DNA of 64,000 nucleotides from assembly GCA_010093815.1 (NCBI GenBank), contig ML996574.1; one strand, given 5' to 3'. Shown here piece after piece: positions 24,730-36,501 of the stretch; positions within the stretch are counted from its first letter, which is position 1, and every line of letters begins with the position of its first letter. This DNA comes from Pseudovirgaria hyperparasitica (Eukaryota). Made by a program: the position numbers and the translations under genes. The notes below the pieces were generated by a model. The model searched no databases. It was not told where the DNA came from and was given only the letters and a program-made list of their open reading frames with translations.

Positions 24730-26605
24730 CTAGCGCGTCGCCCATTCGACCGTCTCGAGCGCCAGCATGACGAGAACGAGTGTCGATGGCAGGATCCACA
24801 CGACATAGCTCTGGAAGAGCAGCCTCGACATTGCGCCCATGTACACGTTGTTGATCTGGCAAATCTGGGCCAGCTGCAGCGCACTGGGTGCTCCGGTGAG
24901 GAGGAAACAGACAATGATGAAAATCTTGTCGTCCACGATGCTGACGGGTATATACTTGGCCGTCAGTGCCAGTAACGGAGCCATGACCAGTGTCGGCAAC
25001 ACCATGCGGCAGACAATGCTGGCAATCAAGATGTTCCGCTCGACCTTGGGATCCTCCATGCTATCCCGGTCCTCTTTGGGGAGGGTGTTGCGAGCCAGAT
25101 TGGCTCCAAGAACTACAAGGATCAACGGAACGGCCACGCCGCCGCTCTGTCCAATGGCTCGAGTGACGGAATTCTCGACAAAGGTGCCCTTGTCAAAAAA
25201 GAGGTGTTGCAGCGGCGTGATGGAGGCAACGACGATAGCGGCCAACATGGCCCAGAGCGGTGGGTTCATAAACGACCACAGTCCCTTGACGAAAGCAGCA
25301 ATGTAGCCATAGATGTGGGTCAGCAGACTTTGGACCGGTTGAGGCAGGCTGCTAAACACTGCGTGCGCACCTCTCGATACAGCCCGTGCTGCCGAGTCTT
25401 TGGACTCTGCTGCACTTCTCTTGATCTGTGCCCACTTCCCTCTGATGCCTCCAAACGACTCGTCGTCTGATTCGTCTGCAGGTCGGGGGAAAGACGTAAT
25501 GTGGCCGGTAGAGCGATGCCTGGCGTGTTCGCCCCGGCCAGCCATGTTGCCTGGGCCCTTTGCAACGACGTTTCCATTCGCAGGCGTAGGCACGACGTCA
25601 TGCGCATTGTAAGCACTGGACGCAGAGCTAGATGTCGAAGTCGAAGTCGAAGTCGAAGAGTCGTACTGGCCGACTTTGCGAGGCGTAGCCGTGCCAGACT
25701 CGTAGTCGGAGTGGAAAGACTCGCCCAAAGGCGGACAGTCGTCTTCCTCCTCGACGTCGATAAGATTGCCATACGAGTCCGAGTAGGCAGCACCCTCAAT
25801 CCTGGCATACTCTCCTTGATCCTCGTCGGGGTATTCACTTTCAGGCTTCAACAGGACGTTGTAGCCCCATGACCAGCGGAGGAGCTGACCGAGTTGTTGA
25901 AATATCAAGAGGTAGAGAATCCCGCGCGCCGCAACCTCGTCATCGTTGTCACCGGGTACTTTGTCCCAATGCAGTCCTTGCAATGTCTTGGATAGGGATA
26001 TTACGAGCGAGATGGGTAGCGAATTCGAGTTTCCAAAGACCTGGTATGTGCGTTAGAGACGGTGTAAGTAAGTAGCAGAGTGATGGGAAGCTTACTGCCA
26101 TGGCTATGACGAAATTCTGGGCACGGATCTTGAAGCCAAACAGCCTGGAGACTATGCGTGCACAGACGTATGAGATGAAGGTTTGGACTAGAAAGATGAG
26201 AGGAATGATGGCCAGGTCGACCAGCTTGTCTGCGGTGAGCTGTGAGGCTAGTTTGTGGAAGACTGGGTCTGGTTAGAGTGCTGAATACTAGATGTCTACT
26301 CCCATGGACACAGACTTACTCAGACATGGAGTGAAGAGCTGTACGTTTAGATTCGCGACGAATTTCTGTGCTTCAGCGTCGAACATGCCCTGTCGAGCAA
26401 TAATGTAGCCAGGCAGACTGACGCAGACAACCTCAAGCACAGCCTCGAAGACCAGGAGAGTGAGATGGCCGAGGTCAGGATGTTGCGAATGGAGCGGGAG
26501 CTTGTTCTTGAAGGCTTCCAGCATTCCAGACGCATCGACCATGGAGACAAAGTCCGGCGAGGACTCGATGGAGTTGAGACGGTATGAACGGGGAGCGAGA
26601 GGCAT
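24730..26605 (-). CDS. Auxin efflux carrier (PILS/ECM3-like) membrane transporter; exons about 26605-26320, 26263-26096, 26040-24730
   Basis: LLVFEAVLEVVCV, NVQLFTPCL, FGNSNSLPISL, ARGILYLLIFQQLGQLLRWSWGY, MNPPLWAM, VAVPLILVVLGANL, GAPSALQLAQICQ. Confidence 0.93.
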
Positions 26606-27817
26606 GATGGGAGGTAGGTGTGTATATGAGTAGGTGGTAAGCGTTGAGGAGCAGCGAGGTGATATGAGGCCTGGAGGTAGTGAGGCGTCACGGCGTGAAG
26701 CTGATGATGGGAGTAGAGGCGAAAGCAGGAATTGAGGAAGACGAGAAAGGCGAATGATCAAGTCATGCTGGCGGTAGTACGAGGGCAGAGTGAGTGAAGG
26801 GTGTGAATCGGAGAAAGAGAGAGAGTGAGAGAGATATGTGAAGTGATTTGACCGGACAAAGAGAAGATAGCAAGTTGCAAGTTCGGGCGAGAGAGTTGGC
26901 AGCGAGGGTGCGACGGGTGTTTGATGGCGTGCTACATGCTGTGTTGTGCGCGGAATGGGATGTAACATACTGCGGACATCGGGTCTAGGCAAGGCTGGGC
27001 TGATGCAAATAGGGTGCTTGGCGAGGTGACTACTGCTGCAAGTCTCGCGGTAATTACTATTATTACTGCGCAGTGCTGGAAGATAAGAAGAGTGTACTAT
27101 ATAAATTATCATGAATGACATGAATAAAGCATACTCATGTCTTGTAGTGTGAGGAGTGTATCTAGACAGCGATATAAACGAGTGTGTTGTGTTGTCGTGT
27201 ACTGTGTTGGATAGATAGAAGCGATGTATTATCGAGTGGAGGTTGTACGTAGGAGTGAGTGAGTGACCTGCTGGTTGATGCCTTGGTGCCTTGATGCCTA
27301 AGATTATTGATGCCTGAGGTGTCCAGCATCGTCACCAAACGGTCCAGATCTTTCTCGCGTGTGAGTCGGTTAAAGTTGCTCTTGCGACTGTGGCGAGTGC
27401 TGCTGCTACTGCTGTGGCGGTGCTGCAGAGGGGCATGTGTGGCTCACTCAAACTGTGGCTGCAACTGTGGCTCCAACTGTGGCTGCACACGTGTTTGTGT
27501 GATGAAGATGGCATTCCCTCCACTCTCTCACAATCGAATCGTCGATGATGCGGATGCTGATGGCGATGTTGATGGCGACGGCGATGGCGATGCGTGTCAG
27601 CTTGCATGCGAGACACATTCAAGTCGCATGAACCTGAACTGCAACACACTCGACCATTTTCCCCATGTTCGTCTACGAAGCCTGTTTTGGGTCACGTTCT
27701 TCTCATCTTTGAGTCGAGCGTATGAGCTCGTCGTCCCCTCTCCACCTGTGTGTGTTTTCCCCATCCTCCTTCATCCTCTTCACTCACACTCTCACATATA
27801 CATACACGCACACACAC

Positions 27818-27840
27818 ACTCTCTCTCTCTCTCTCTCTCT
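27818..27840. repeat. (CT)n microsatellite in the pbs2 promoter/leader
   Basis: Read directly, preceded by (CA)n. Confidence 0.85.
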
Positions 27841-28291
27841 TACTACTCACTCACTCCACTAATCTATACTCACAACTCCTGTCTACCGGCTCCACCACCA
27901 ATCCCACTAACATTCCCCCGGCCTAGACGACACACTATTATCGCCCGATCCTCTCTTTCACCGGCTCTTCTGCCCCTCAGTCCCTCTCCTCGATTCCTCC
28001 CATTCCACTCGCGCCAGGTGTGTATAGCAGACCTCTACCAACACATTCTCTCCTCACTCACTAATTACGCTGCCAGTCTACAATACCCCGCTCAGCTCCT
28101 CCGCTAATTACCTTCCCACTCACTACGAGCCCGCATTCCACCGGTCCACCCTCCCTCCACAGACAGCCTCGTCGAGAAGGCCTTCGAAACACTATATTCA
28201 TTACCACCCACACACTCTCTCCAACACCTTAGCACCTCCTCTGCCACCGTCAGCCGTGTCTGCTGCGTGAGCGGCAGCTTGCCTGGCCATA

Positions 28292-30657
28292 ATGTCTGCA
28301 ACTACTCCTGACTCTGACGTGCCATCGTCGCCGGCCGAGTCTTCCGCCAGCGAGACTACCTCTCCCTTCGTCGAGTCGCCTCTATCCCCCAATCCTGCCT
28401 CTCCCTTCGTGCCCGCCCCAGCAAGTCACCTCGATCGGCCTCATAGCGCTGGCCGCGCCGTCTCTGCTGCTGCCTCCATGACTCCTTCCAGTCACCCTCT
28501 GGGTGCCGTGAACGCCGCTAGACGGCCACCTCCAATCTCGAGTAGGGGCACCGGTCTACAGAACATGCCGCAAGACATCCTGGCACGCCTTGATGCTGTC
28601 CGCAATCGTACTGGTCCTGGACCGGCGAGAGGGCCAGGAACACCAGGCTCGTTAAACAGTCCTGCACTATCCTCTCCGGCTGCAGGCGGTCCCGGAGGTA
28701 TTCCCACAAACTTCAAATTGCCAATCGGCATGTCAAGACCAACTGCGCCGAATTTCCAGTCGGCTCCAGCTGTACCGAACCTGCGATTAGGTGGCAACAA
28801 GCCTTCACTGGCGGATCGAAGAGGAGGACTCAAGCTTCCGGGCGGCCTGCCTGGCTCTGGTCCGCCTACTCCAGGCGGTGCTGGTCCCGTTGGAGGTAGA
28901 AAGGGACCTGGTCTGAAGTTGTCCCAGATGAATGGTGGCGAGCAGCCCGAACAGTCAGGAGGCCGCTCCAACGATCTCAAGAACTTTTCACAATTCATTG
29001 ACGTCAAGTCTGGCAGTCTGAACTTCAAGGGCAAGGCTGTGCTGAACGCCGAGGGCGTCAAGTTTGCCGGTGGCACTCAGTTCAACATCTCGCTGGACGA
29101 GGTGGATACGCTGGATGAGCTGGGAAAGGGCAACTACGGCACAGTCTACAAGGTGCGACACAGCCGGCCAAAGTTTAGGAGACCGGGGCTTGGACTGGCA
29201 GGAAACAAGCCTCTTCCGACAGATCAACAGCCTGTCCCACCGTCCCCGACGACGACGACGACCAAGACCGGCGAGCTCGACTCGGGGGACAGTGCAGCTT
29301 CGGCAAAGGCCACAGCCGGCACTACTGGAGTCATAATGGCGATGAAGGAGCTTCGACTGGAACTGGACGATGCCAAGTTTGCCGCCATCATCATGGAATT
29401 GGACGTCCTGCATCGCTGCGTATCCCCGTACATTATCGACTTTTATGGCGCCTTCTTCCAAGAGGGTGCGGTGTACATCTGCATCGAGTTCATGGACGGT
29501 GGCTCAGTCGACAAGATTTACCATGACGGTGTGCCCGAGAATATATTACGGAAGATTGCGTACGCAGTGACGAAAGGACTGAAGTTTCTGAAAGAGGACC
29601 ACAACATCATCCATCGAGACGTCAAGCCGACAAACATTCTGGTCAACACAAAAGGACACATCAAGATTTGCGACTTTGGTGTCAGCGGCAACCTGGTGGC
29701 GAGCATTGCAAGAACAAACATTGGCTGTCAGAGCTACATGGCGCCCGAGCGAATATCGTCGGGCGGCATTGCACAGGCAGGCGCAAACCCGGGCGGCGGC
29801 ACGTACAGCGTGCAGAGCGACATTTGGAGTCTGGGCCTGACGATCATCGAGTGTGCTCTGGGCGCCTATCCCTATCCCCCTGAAACGTACAATAACATTT
29901 TTAGCCAACTCAGCGTAAGTCTTTTTTTCTCTCTCTCTCTCCCACTTGTGCCCGTGTGCCACCATCCATTCGTCTTTTTTTTGGTGTGAGCATGCTTATC
30001 AAACCCACCATCGCATCACAGGCCATTGTGGATGGGGAACCGCCAGACCTTCCTGCCGAAGGCTTCTCTGAAGCAGCAAAAAACTTTGTCAGGGGCTGTC
30101 TCAACAAGATCCCCAACCTACGACCCACCTACGCCATGCTCCTCCAGCACGCCTGGCTCGCCCCGCTCGACAAGCCTGCTACCATTACCGAAGCGGACGA
30201 GGAGGCAGAACATCTCGCCGAAGATGGCACCACCACCACCACCACCACCACCACCACCACCACCACCATGACCACCGCTCCTTCATCAGAGCCCACCGCC
30301 ACAAATGACACCACTTCCGAGTCAAACGCCGCCGCAGATGACACCACCACCACCACCGCTCCCGAGTCAAACGCCGCCGTAGACGACACCACTCCCGAGT
30401 CAGACGCCGCCCCACATGCCGGCGCCATGGAAGATGCCGATGTGTTGGACAAGGAAGTCGCAGATTGGGTCAAGGAGTGCCTCGAACGCAAGAAGAATGG
30501 CACGCTAGGCAAGAATAACCCAAAGAGCAAGGAGAAGCCCGCCCTGCACGCGGCACCACTTGACGCGGTGGGCAGCCCTGACGAGGCGGTGGTGGTCAAT
30601 GGCAGCGCAACGACGACAACAACAACGACGACGACGACGACGGACACTACTACCTGA
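28292..30657 (+). CDS. PBS2: MAP kinase kinase Pbs2 (HOG pathway); exons 28292-29914, 30021-30657
   Basis: LDELGKGNYGTVYKV, MAMKELRLELD, IIHRDVKPTN, DFGVSGNLVASIARTNIGCQSYMAPE, NIFSQLS|AIVDG, KPALHAAPLD. Probable 5'UTR intron at 28018-28076. Confidence 0.96.
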
Positions 30658-31034
30658 TGGATGTGCACACTATTATGGGCAGCTATATAATGATACCAAA
30701 CCCACACATTTATTTTCCCTCAAAAACTTGACTGCCGCGGCGGCCTAGCTGCTGCTTGTAGTCCCATCATCATCCCATGTCCCATGTCCCATGTCTAGAT
30801 ATGATTAGATCATGTACGTCCGCCCCCCAACCCTCCCAGTCCTCAGCCACTGCACGGTTGTTGTCGGTCTCAATGGATTGGCTGGCCACGACGACGGACC
30901 TGACAACTCACGACGACGTGTGTCGAATTTCGCTCGACAGCCCCCTCCCCCCAACACCCAAAAACACACGGACCCTCTTTGTTTCATGTTTACAGCGGTC
31001 AATCCCTGCGCTGGACTGTACGAACAACGAATGC

Positions 31035-31215
31035 GAAGAAGAAGAAGAAGAAGAAGAAGAAGAAGAGAAAAGCACGAGCACGAGCACTACACTACAGTAG
31101 CACTAGCACAACCGGCACAACTAGCAATACTAGCAATACCAGCAATACTGTACTGTAATTACATAAACTACGTGGACACCACACCACACCACACCACACC
31201 ACACCACACCACACC
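31035..31215. repeat. Microsatellite cluster: (GAA)10 at 31035-31064 and (ACACC)8 at 31176-31215
   Basis: Read directly. (TA)n also at 31663-31686. Confidence 0.9.
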
Positions 31216-32043
31216 ACCCCTGCCTCGACAGTCTAGACAACTCGGACAGTCTAGACCGCCTTCTTTGTTCTTCTCTCTGTTCTTCTCCTTCGGCGCCCCA
31301 CCGTATATGCTCCACTCATCAAGACATCAAGGCACCATGCTACTCCATCCCATCAGGCATATCAAGCTCCATCCACCCCATGAGGCATCATCCATCAGTC
31401 AGGCATCACTCACTCACTCACTCCTTCACTCACCCCGACACTCCCTCACTCACTCACACCAACAATCCTGCCATCTAATGTAAGCCAGCACGCACGCAGA
31501 AAAAGACAGAGAAGAAAGATGAAAAAGAGGTAATTAGGTAACGCTGGTTGTGTTGTGTTGTGTTGTGTTGTGACATGTCATTTATGGCGGGCGCCTTTTA
31601 AACCATGTGTCGTGCGTGCGTGCGTGCGTGTACGTGCGTGCGAGCCATGTGTGCCATGCGTGTATATATATATATATATATATATAGATATGTGTATACA
31701 CAGGTTGCATCTTCAGATCATGCACAAGCTTTTTTTCCATTTGCCGCGTTCAATAAAGAGCGCCTTAGGCAGGACAGGACAGTGAACAGGCTAATTACTA
31801 CTAGCTACGGAATGGCTCGAAACGGCAGTACCGAGACCGTTCCGTAATCAAATCCTGACTCATGCTTTATACTTTACATGCACTTCAGAGTCTCAAAGTA
31901 AGGTCAAGTCACGACGACGACGACGACGACGACGACACAGAGAGTCCAGGACTCCAGGCCATCAGCATAAAACAAATTGATTCTCATCTACACTCGCCAC
32001 CTTTCATCATGCGCCGACACGTCCAACCCACAGCATCCCAGCC

Positions 32044-33852
32044 TCAATTCTCCGGCGCATAGCCATACGAGTACGCCACCTCAAACTTCTTGCCGTCATA
32101 CTCCACACTCTTCAGTGTTGCATTCTTGGCAGGCATCGCATTCGCATACAGCGCACAAAACGTTCCCACAGGCTTCGTATTCAGCACGGCAAGGAACGCG
32201 TTAAAGTACCCACACCGACGGTGCGCGTGAACACTCGACTTGGCAGACCCTCCGCCACTCCCAACCATCGTCAGTTCCTGGTTGCAGAGAATGGCACATT
32301 GCGCAGGCTCATATGGACCCACCACCAGCTGACTGCCGCTGATCGACTGGGATATATGAAACGACCCTGGCAGCGCAACCGCTGCTCCAAAACCGTCAAT
32401 TCGGTTCGGCAGGATCTGCTTGCGGTTGTAGCCGTTTGATCCAGCTATCATAACCTCAAACTCTTCCATTGAACTGCCCCTATCCGTGACTGAACTCTCA
32501 CCCAGAAACGACCCAAACAGTGCGCAGCGAAACGACGCTGATGATGCAGGGTTGGGGCAACGAGGTCCAGGGATGAAGATTGGGTCCCGCTGCACGAAGA
32601 TGTTGAAGCCTCCACACGATGAGACTGCATCGCACTCTCGAGCGCACTCCATCGGATCGTACTTGTTTAGCTGCTTGCCAGAGATGAAGGTTGAAAGGTC
32701 TACCGACGCCTTTGCGTTTTCAAACACGCGGATGTAGCCTTGCGGCGTGTTCGCATCCTTGGCAATGATGGCATATTTATCAAAGTTCAAAAAGTCTCCA
32801 GCCGTATCGTGGAGCGGCAGAGGCGCAGTCCCAGCTGTCTGCGGCGAGCATGGACGACGCACCGGTCCGGGAGCTGTGATGTTGACAGTTGTGTTGAACG
32901 ATTTCCCGTCAGAGTGGCCGAGAGGTACAACAGTGACGTTAATTTGGTGGCCAAATGTGGTTGTGCCGTTCACCAGAATTGATGGAATAGGCTTGCTGGT
33001 TCGGTTGCTGGCAGTGACTTGGTCTCGAGCCGGGCCAACAGTCGTCTTGGAGTGCACATGATTGATCGTGGTATTGCTGAACGTGGAGTTGCTAGGTCTA
33101 ATAATAATACTGCTGGCATTGAAGCGAGGATTGTCAACAACAACGATGCCGGGCTTGATCTTTATGCCCGTTGTGGCATTGTGAACGACAATGCCACTAG
33201 GCTTGACATGGGATCCTTTGACAACGACGCCAGTAGACTTGGCACGACCGAGGGTGCTTGAGTTGCTTGCACGGCTTGGCCCGCTGGAGATCTGGCGTTC
33301 GAATGTCGAACAAGGCGTCTTCTGTCGAGACGTTTGCGTTGAATCTCCTTCCAGGAGACGCTGGCACAATGCCGTGACGCTGTCATCATTCGAGCGTGTT
33401 TTGCACCAACTGATAGAAAATGCCGCCATAACACAGGGGTGAGCTCCGTTGCAGTTTCTCAACCAGTCGAGTGTGTCTTCACATTCCGCTACGCTGTAAG
33501 GACCATTGCGACGTGGCGCTATGGGAGTGACTGGCTCGCCCTTGAAGGCTTGTGTACACTGACGTGCGAACTCATTGATAAAGTTACATTCCCTACTCGG
33601 AACTTGCGCTGGCAAGCAGCGGTCGAGCACAGAACTACCGTCTGCCCTCTCAGGATGCAGCATGAGCTCGCAGGCAACATGCTGGCCCTGAGTACGGCCT
33701 TCATCGTTGCACCACTTCGCCAGCCTGACACTGGGAATCGTGGTATTGACTGGAGCGTCCGAAGGAATGTTCTTTCCAGGGATACTTCCGCCATTGAGGA
33801 CCGCTGCAGATGCGAGGCCAAGACCCAGAGCGATGACGGCAAGTGAGCCCAT
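32044..33852 (-). CDS. Secreted Cys-rich protein with a C-terminal carbohydrate-binding/PAN-apple-like fungal domain; intronless
   Basis: Signal peptide MGSLAVIALGLGLASA, many N-x-S/T sites, TPQGY..FEN..AS, YDPMECARECD..CGGFNIFVQRDP, CPNP, IAGSNGY. Confidence 0.8.
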   Translation of the reverse strand: MGSLAVIALGLGLASAAVLNGGSIPGKNIPSDAPVNTTIPSVRLAKWCNDEGRTQGQHVACELMLHPERADGSSVLDRCLPAQVPSRECNFINEFARQCTQAFKGEPVTPIAPRRNGPYSVAECEDTLDWLRNCNGAHPCVMAAFSISWCKTRSNDDSVTALCQRLLEGDSTQTSRQKTPCSTFERQISSGPSRASNSSTLGRAKSTGVVVKGSHVKPSGIVVHNATTGIKIKPGIVVVDNPRFNASSIIIRPSNSTFSNTTINHVHSKTTVGPARDQVTASNRTSKPIPSILVNGTTTFGHQINVTVVPLGHSDGKSFNTTVNITAPGPVRRPCSPQTAGTAPLPLHDTAGDFLNFDKYAIIAKDANTPQGYIRVFENAKASVDLSTFISGKQLNKYDPMECARECDAVSSCGGFNIFVQRDPIFIPGPRCPNPASSASFRCALFGSFLGESSVTDRGSSMEEFEVMIAGSNGYNRKQILPNRIDGFGAAVALPGSFHISQSISGSQLVVGPYEPAQCAILCNQELTMVGSGGGSAKSSVHAHRRCGYFNAFLAVLNTKPVGTFCALYANAMPAKNATLKSVEYDGKKFEVAYSYGYAPEN

Positions 33853-34406
33853 GATGGAGAACTGCTTCTAAAACTGAAGCGGTTTGGCGAACGCCTGTGC
33901 TGAATGAGGTAGATACTGCAGAAGCAGTAATCAAATGACGATTCGGACAGAAGATAAGAGTATGAACAGTAAGGCTGTTTCAAAAGAAGAATGCGGATGG
34001 GATATAATATGCAGCTGGAATGAATTTTGATTGCTGCTGTAAATGGGATGTTGATGATGTAGAAGAAGACGAACAGTGGGCGAGAGAGGTTGAGCTTTTG
34101 ATGATGGGTTTGTTTACACATATGAACGGCAGGAGAGGTCTACGCCCGTCAAGAATCCTAAAGTCGGCAGGAAGAGCATATGGCCAGAGCAGGTGGAGCC
34201 TCGAACCAGCTGTCATATGGAAGGATGCTATTGCAATGTCAGTTTCTTGGGCAATAGTGCACTGCTCTACCTCGTCAGTTCCGGAACACAGCCGACGTCC
34301 AGCATGGTCAAAAGTCACCAAAGGTCCCTGAGCTTGAGTTCAGGATCGCCACGTCTATTCAGCAGCTAATGTACAGGTGATCTTACAAGCCTCGACAGGG
34401 GAGCAT

Positions 34407-35572
34407 TCAGGGCGACTTCGATGAGCCGTTCACCAAGAGAATCGTGCTGCCTAGTTGACGACGAATGTCCTCCTTGTCAACATCATGGGTGTCGTCTACC
34501 TCGCCCCACATCTTTGTCTGCCACGAGACCTCCAGCGTTGATGCCTCTGCAGCTTCTTCAATACCAAACCGCTTTTGGCTGTCAACATCTTTCCGCAGAT
34601 GACTAAACTCCTGGCTCCATTCAACCAGTAACCTCGCGCTGACGAGCAAGCTCTTCGTCGCCAGGACGGCGCGCTCGAGACCAGCGAGTTCGAATGCTGG
34701 AAGCCCACTCAGCCACCCTTGGATAACGCTCCTGGTGGCTTCCGGTTGGGGAAGCGGCATGATGCTGTTTGGATCCAGCGTCGGTTGGATCTCTACCCCT
34801 GGCCAGACGTGCGAGGTCAAATGGCTAATGATAGGCTTCGCGGTGCGGATCTGCAGCTGTCGTAAACTCTCCACGCCTCCCCTTTGCTCTAGACCAACAG
34901 CATCATGTATGTTCCTCTCGGGAGCCCAACATAGCAAAGTATCCGTACTCAAGTAGCGCATCAGCATCTGTACAAGGTCCCTGCGGAGGTTTGGACTCGC
35001 ATCCTCATCAGCCTTCTTTAAGTCCATTGCTCGAGACGTCAGCGACGTCAGGGGTATGTAGTGATTCTTCAGCGCTTGCTGAGCGCTGACGAGCTGATCC
35101 CATTCCAGTGCAATTGCAATGGCGAGTGCATGTTTGTTGCTTGGGACTACGAGAATGTCTTTGGATGCCGTTCGGACTGGCCTTGTATCAAGCATCACTT
35201 GGTAGCCCTCTGTCGTGTTTGTCTTAGCGTGATATCGAGGCTGGATATGGCCCTACACATACCAGGCGTCTCTTTGACCGTCGAGTCTTTCCAGAATCTC
35301 TTTTGAAGAGCGGTTGCTGGCTTTGCAGGATTGGCACGGATAGCCTGGCCCCGGCGCAACAGCTCAGCTTGTTTCAGTTTACGCGCGACCCGGTCTTGAG
35401 CCTCAGAGACAGCTGGAGTGGGAGGTTCTGGAGGAGGACCGGTCGCTGGAGGATGTGCTATAGGCGTGGCATGTTGGGCGATAGTTGTGTGGATGCACCT
35501 GCGTGGCCTGGTGGTGCTCGCGCGCAACGAGACATGGCGAGCGGCGGCACGGAATGGCAGTGCCATGTCCAT
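34407..35572 (-). CDS. ATP12: Mitochondrial F1-ATPase assembly chaperone Atp12; intron 35262-35210
   Basis: Arg-rich presequence, KRFWKD, E|GYQVMLDTRPVRT, IALEWD, IPLTSLTSRA, YLSTDTLLC, LERAVLATKS, QTKMWGEVDDTHDVD. Confidence 0.95.
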
Positions 35573-36501
35573 TGGTGATTGAAGAGATTACAATTGTGAG
35601 GGTCGGAAGGGTGAATTGTGAAGAGTGAAGCGTAAAGTGTGGAGTGTGAAGTGCGTGATGCCCATGTCAAGCTGGATGGATGGATCGAGCTTGGATGACC
35701 GTGCATGTCAGCGGTTACGTACTGTATTAAAAACCGTCCACTACATGATACATCCATGATAGAGCAGAGCACCCAACGACCCAACGCATGGACACACGCA
35801 CGCATGGATGCATGGATACATGGAATAGAAGAACGAGAGATGAGACACAAAAAGACACAATAATAGGACCGAAGTCCAAACTGTCACCACCTGTGGAGCT
35901 GGGCGGGCACCTACTACAGGTACGTGCGTGGTGCGATATCACTACTGCACACGTCCTGCAGGAAGACGAGTGATCTCTCTCTCTCACTCACACACACTCT
36001 CTCTCTCTCGCACACACTCACTCACTCACTCTCCACTTCCCCAGTCGCCCGTCGCTTTCGCACTCAACTCGAGCCCTCGTACAGCCCTCCAGACGTTATT
36101 TCGGCTCGAGCTAATAATTATGTGACCACCGAAATGCTAGGTCCTACCACTGAACTGATGTACTCAGCCCTGACCGTACCTATTCGCTGTGCTGAGCTAC
36201 ATTCCACTGCCACCCTACTCCTCTACTGCAAAAAGATCTACTGATCCTCTTCGATCGGATCAGTCGTAGATCCTACATAAGACCCGCCACTCCTGCTCGT
36301 CGCTCAGAACAGAATAGCCCGCTGCTACAATTGTCGCATCTCATTTTCGGTCCGATTCGCTGTACCTACAGAACTTCTCCCCACTCCCAGCTCTGCCGAC
36401 GCGGCGCGAATATACGCTCAAGAACCCCCCCCTTACGAATACGTCTTCCAAACTGGAGTACTGTTCATGAGCTTCAGTACCTTGTTGGGAACATCAATGC
36501 C

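Noticed and set aside
27307..28107. 266-aa ORF in the carrier/pbs2 intergenic region
   Set aside because: Low-complexity translation of microsatellite-rich promoter/UTR DNA with no domain.
30812..31483. 223-aa ORF downstream of pbs2
   Set aside because: Built from (GAA)n, (ACACC)n and (CACT)n repeats; no coding signal.
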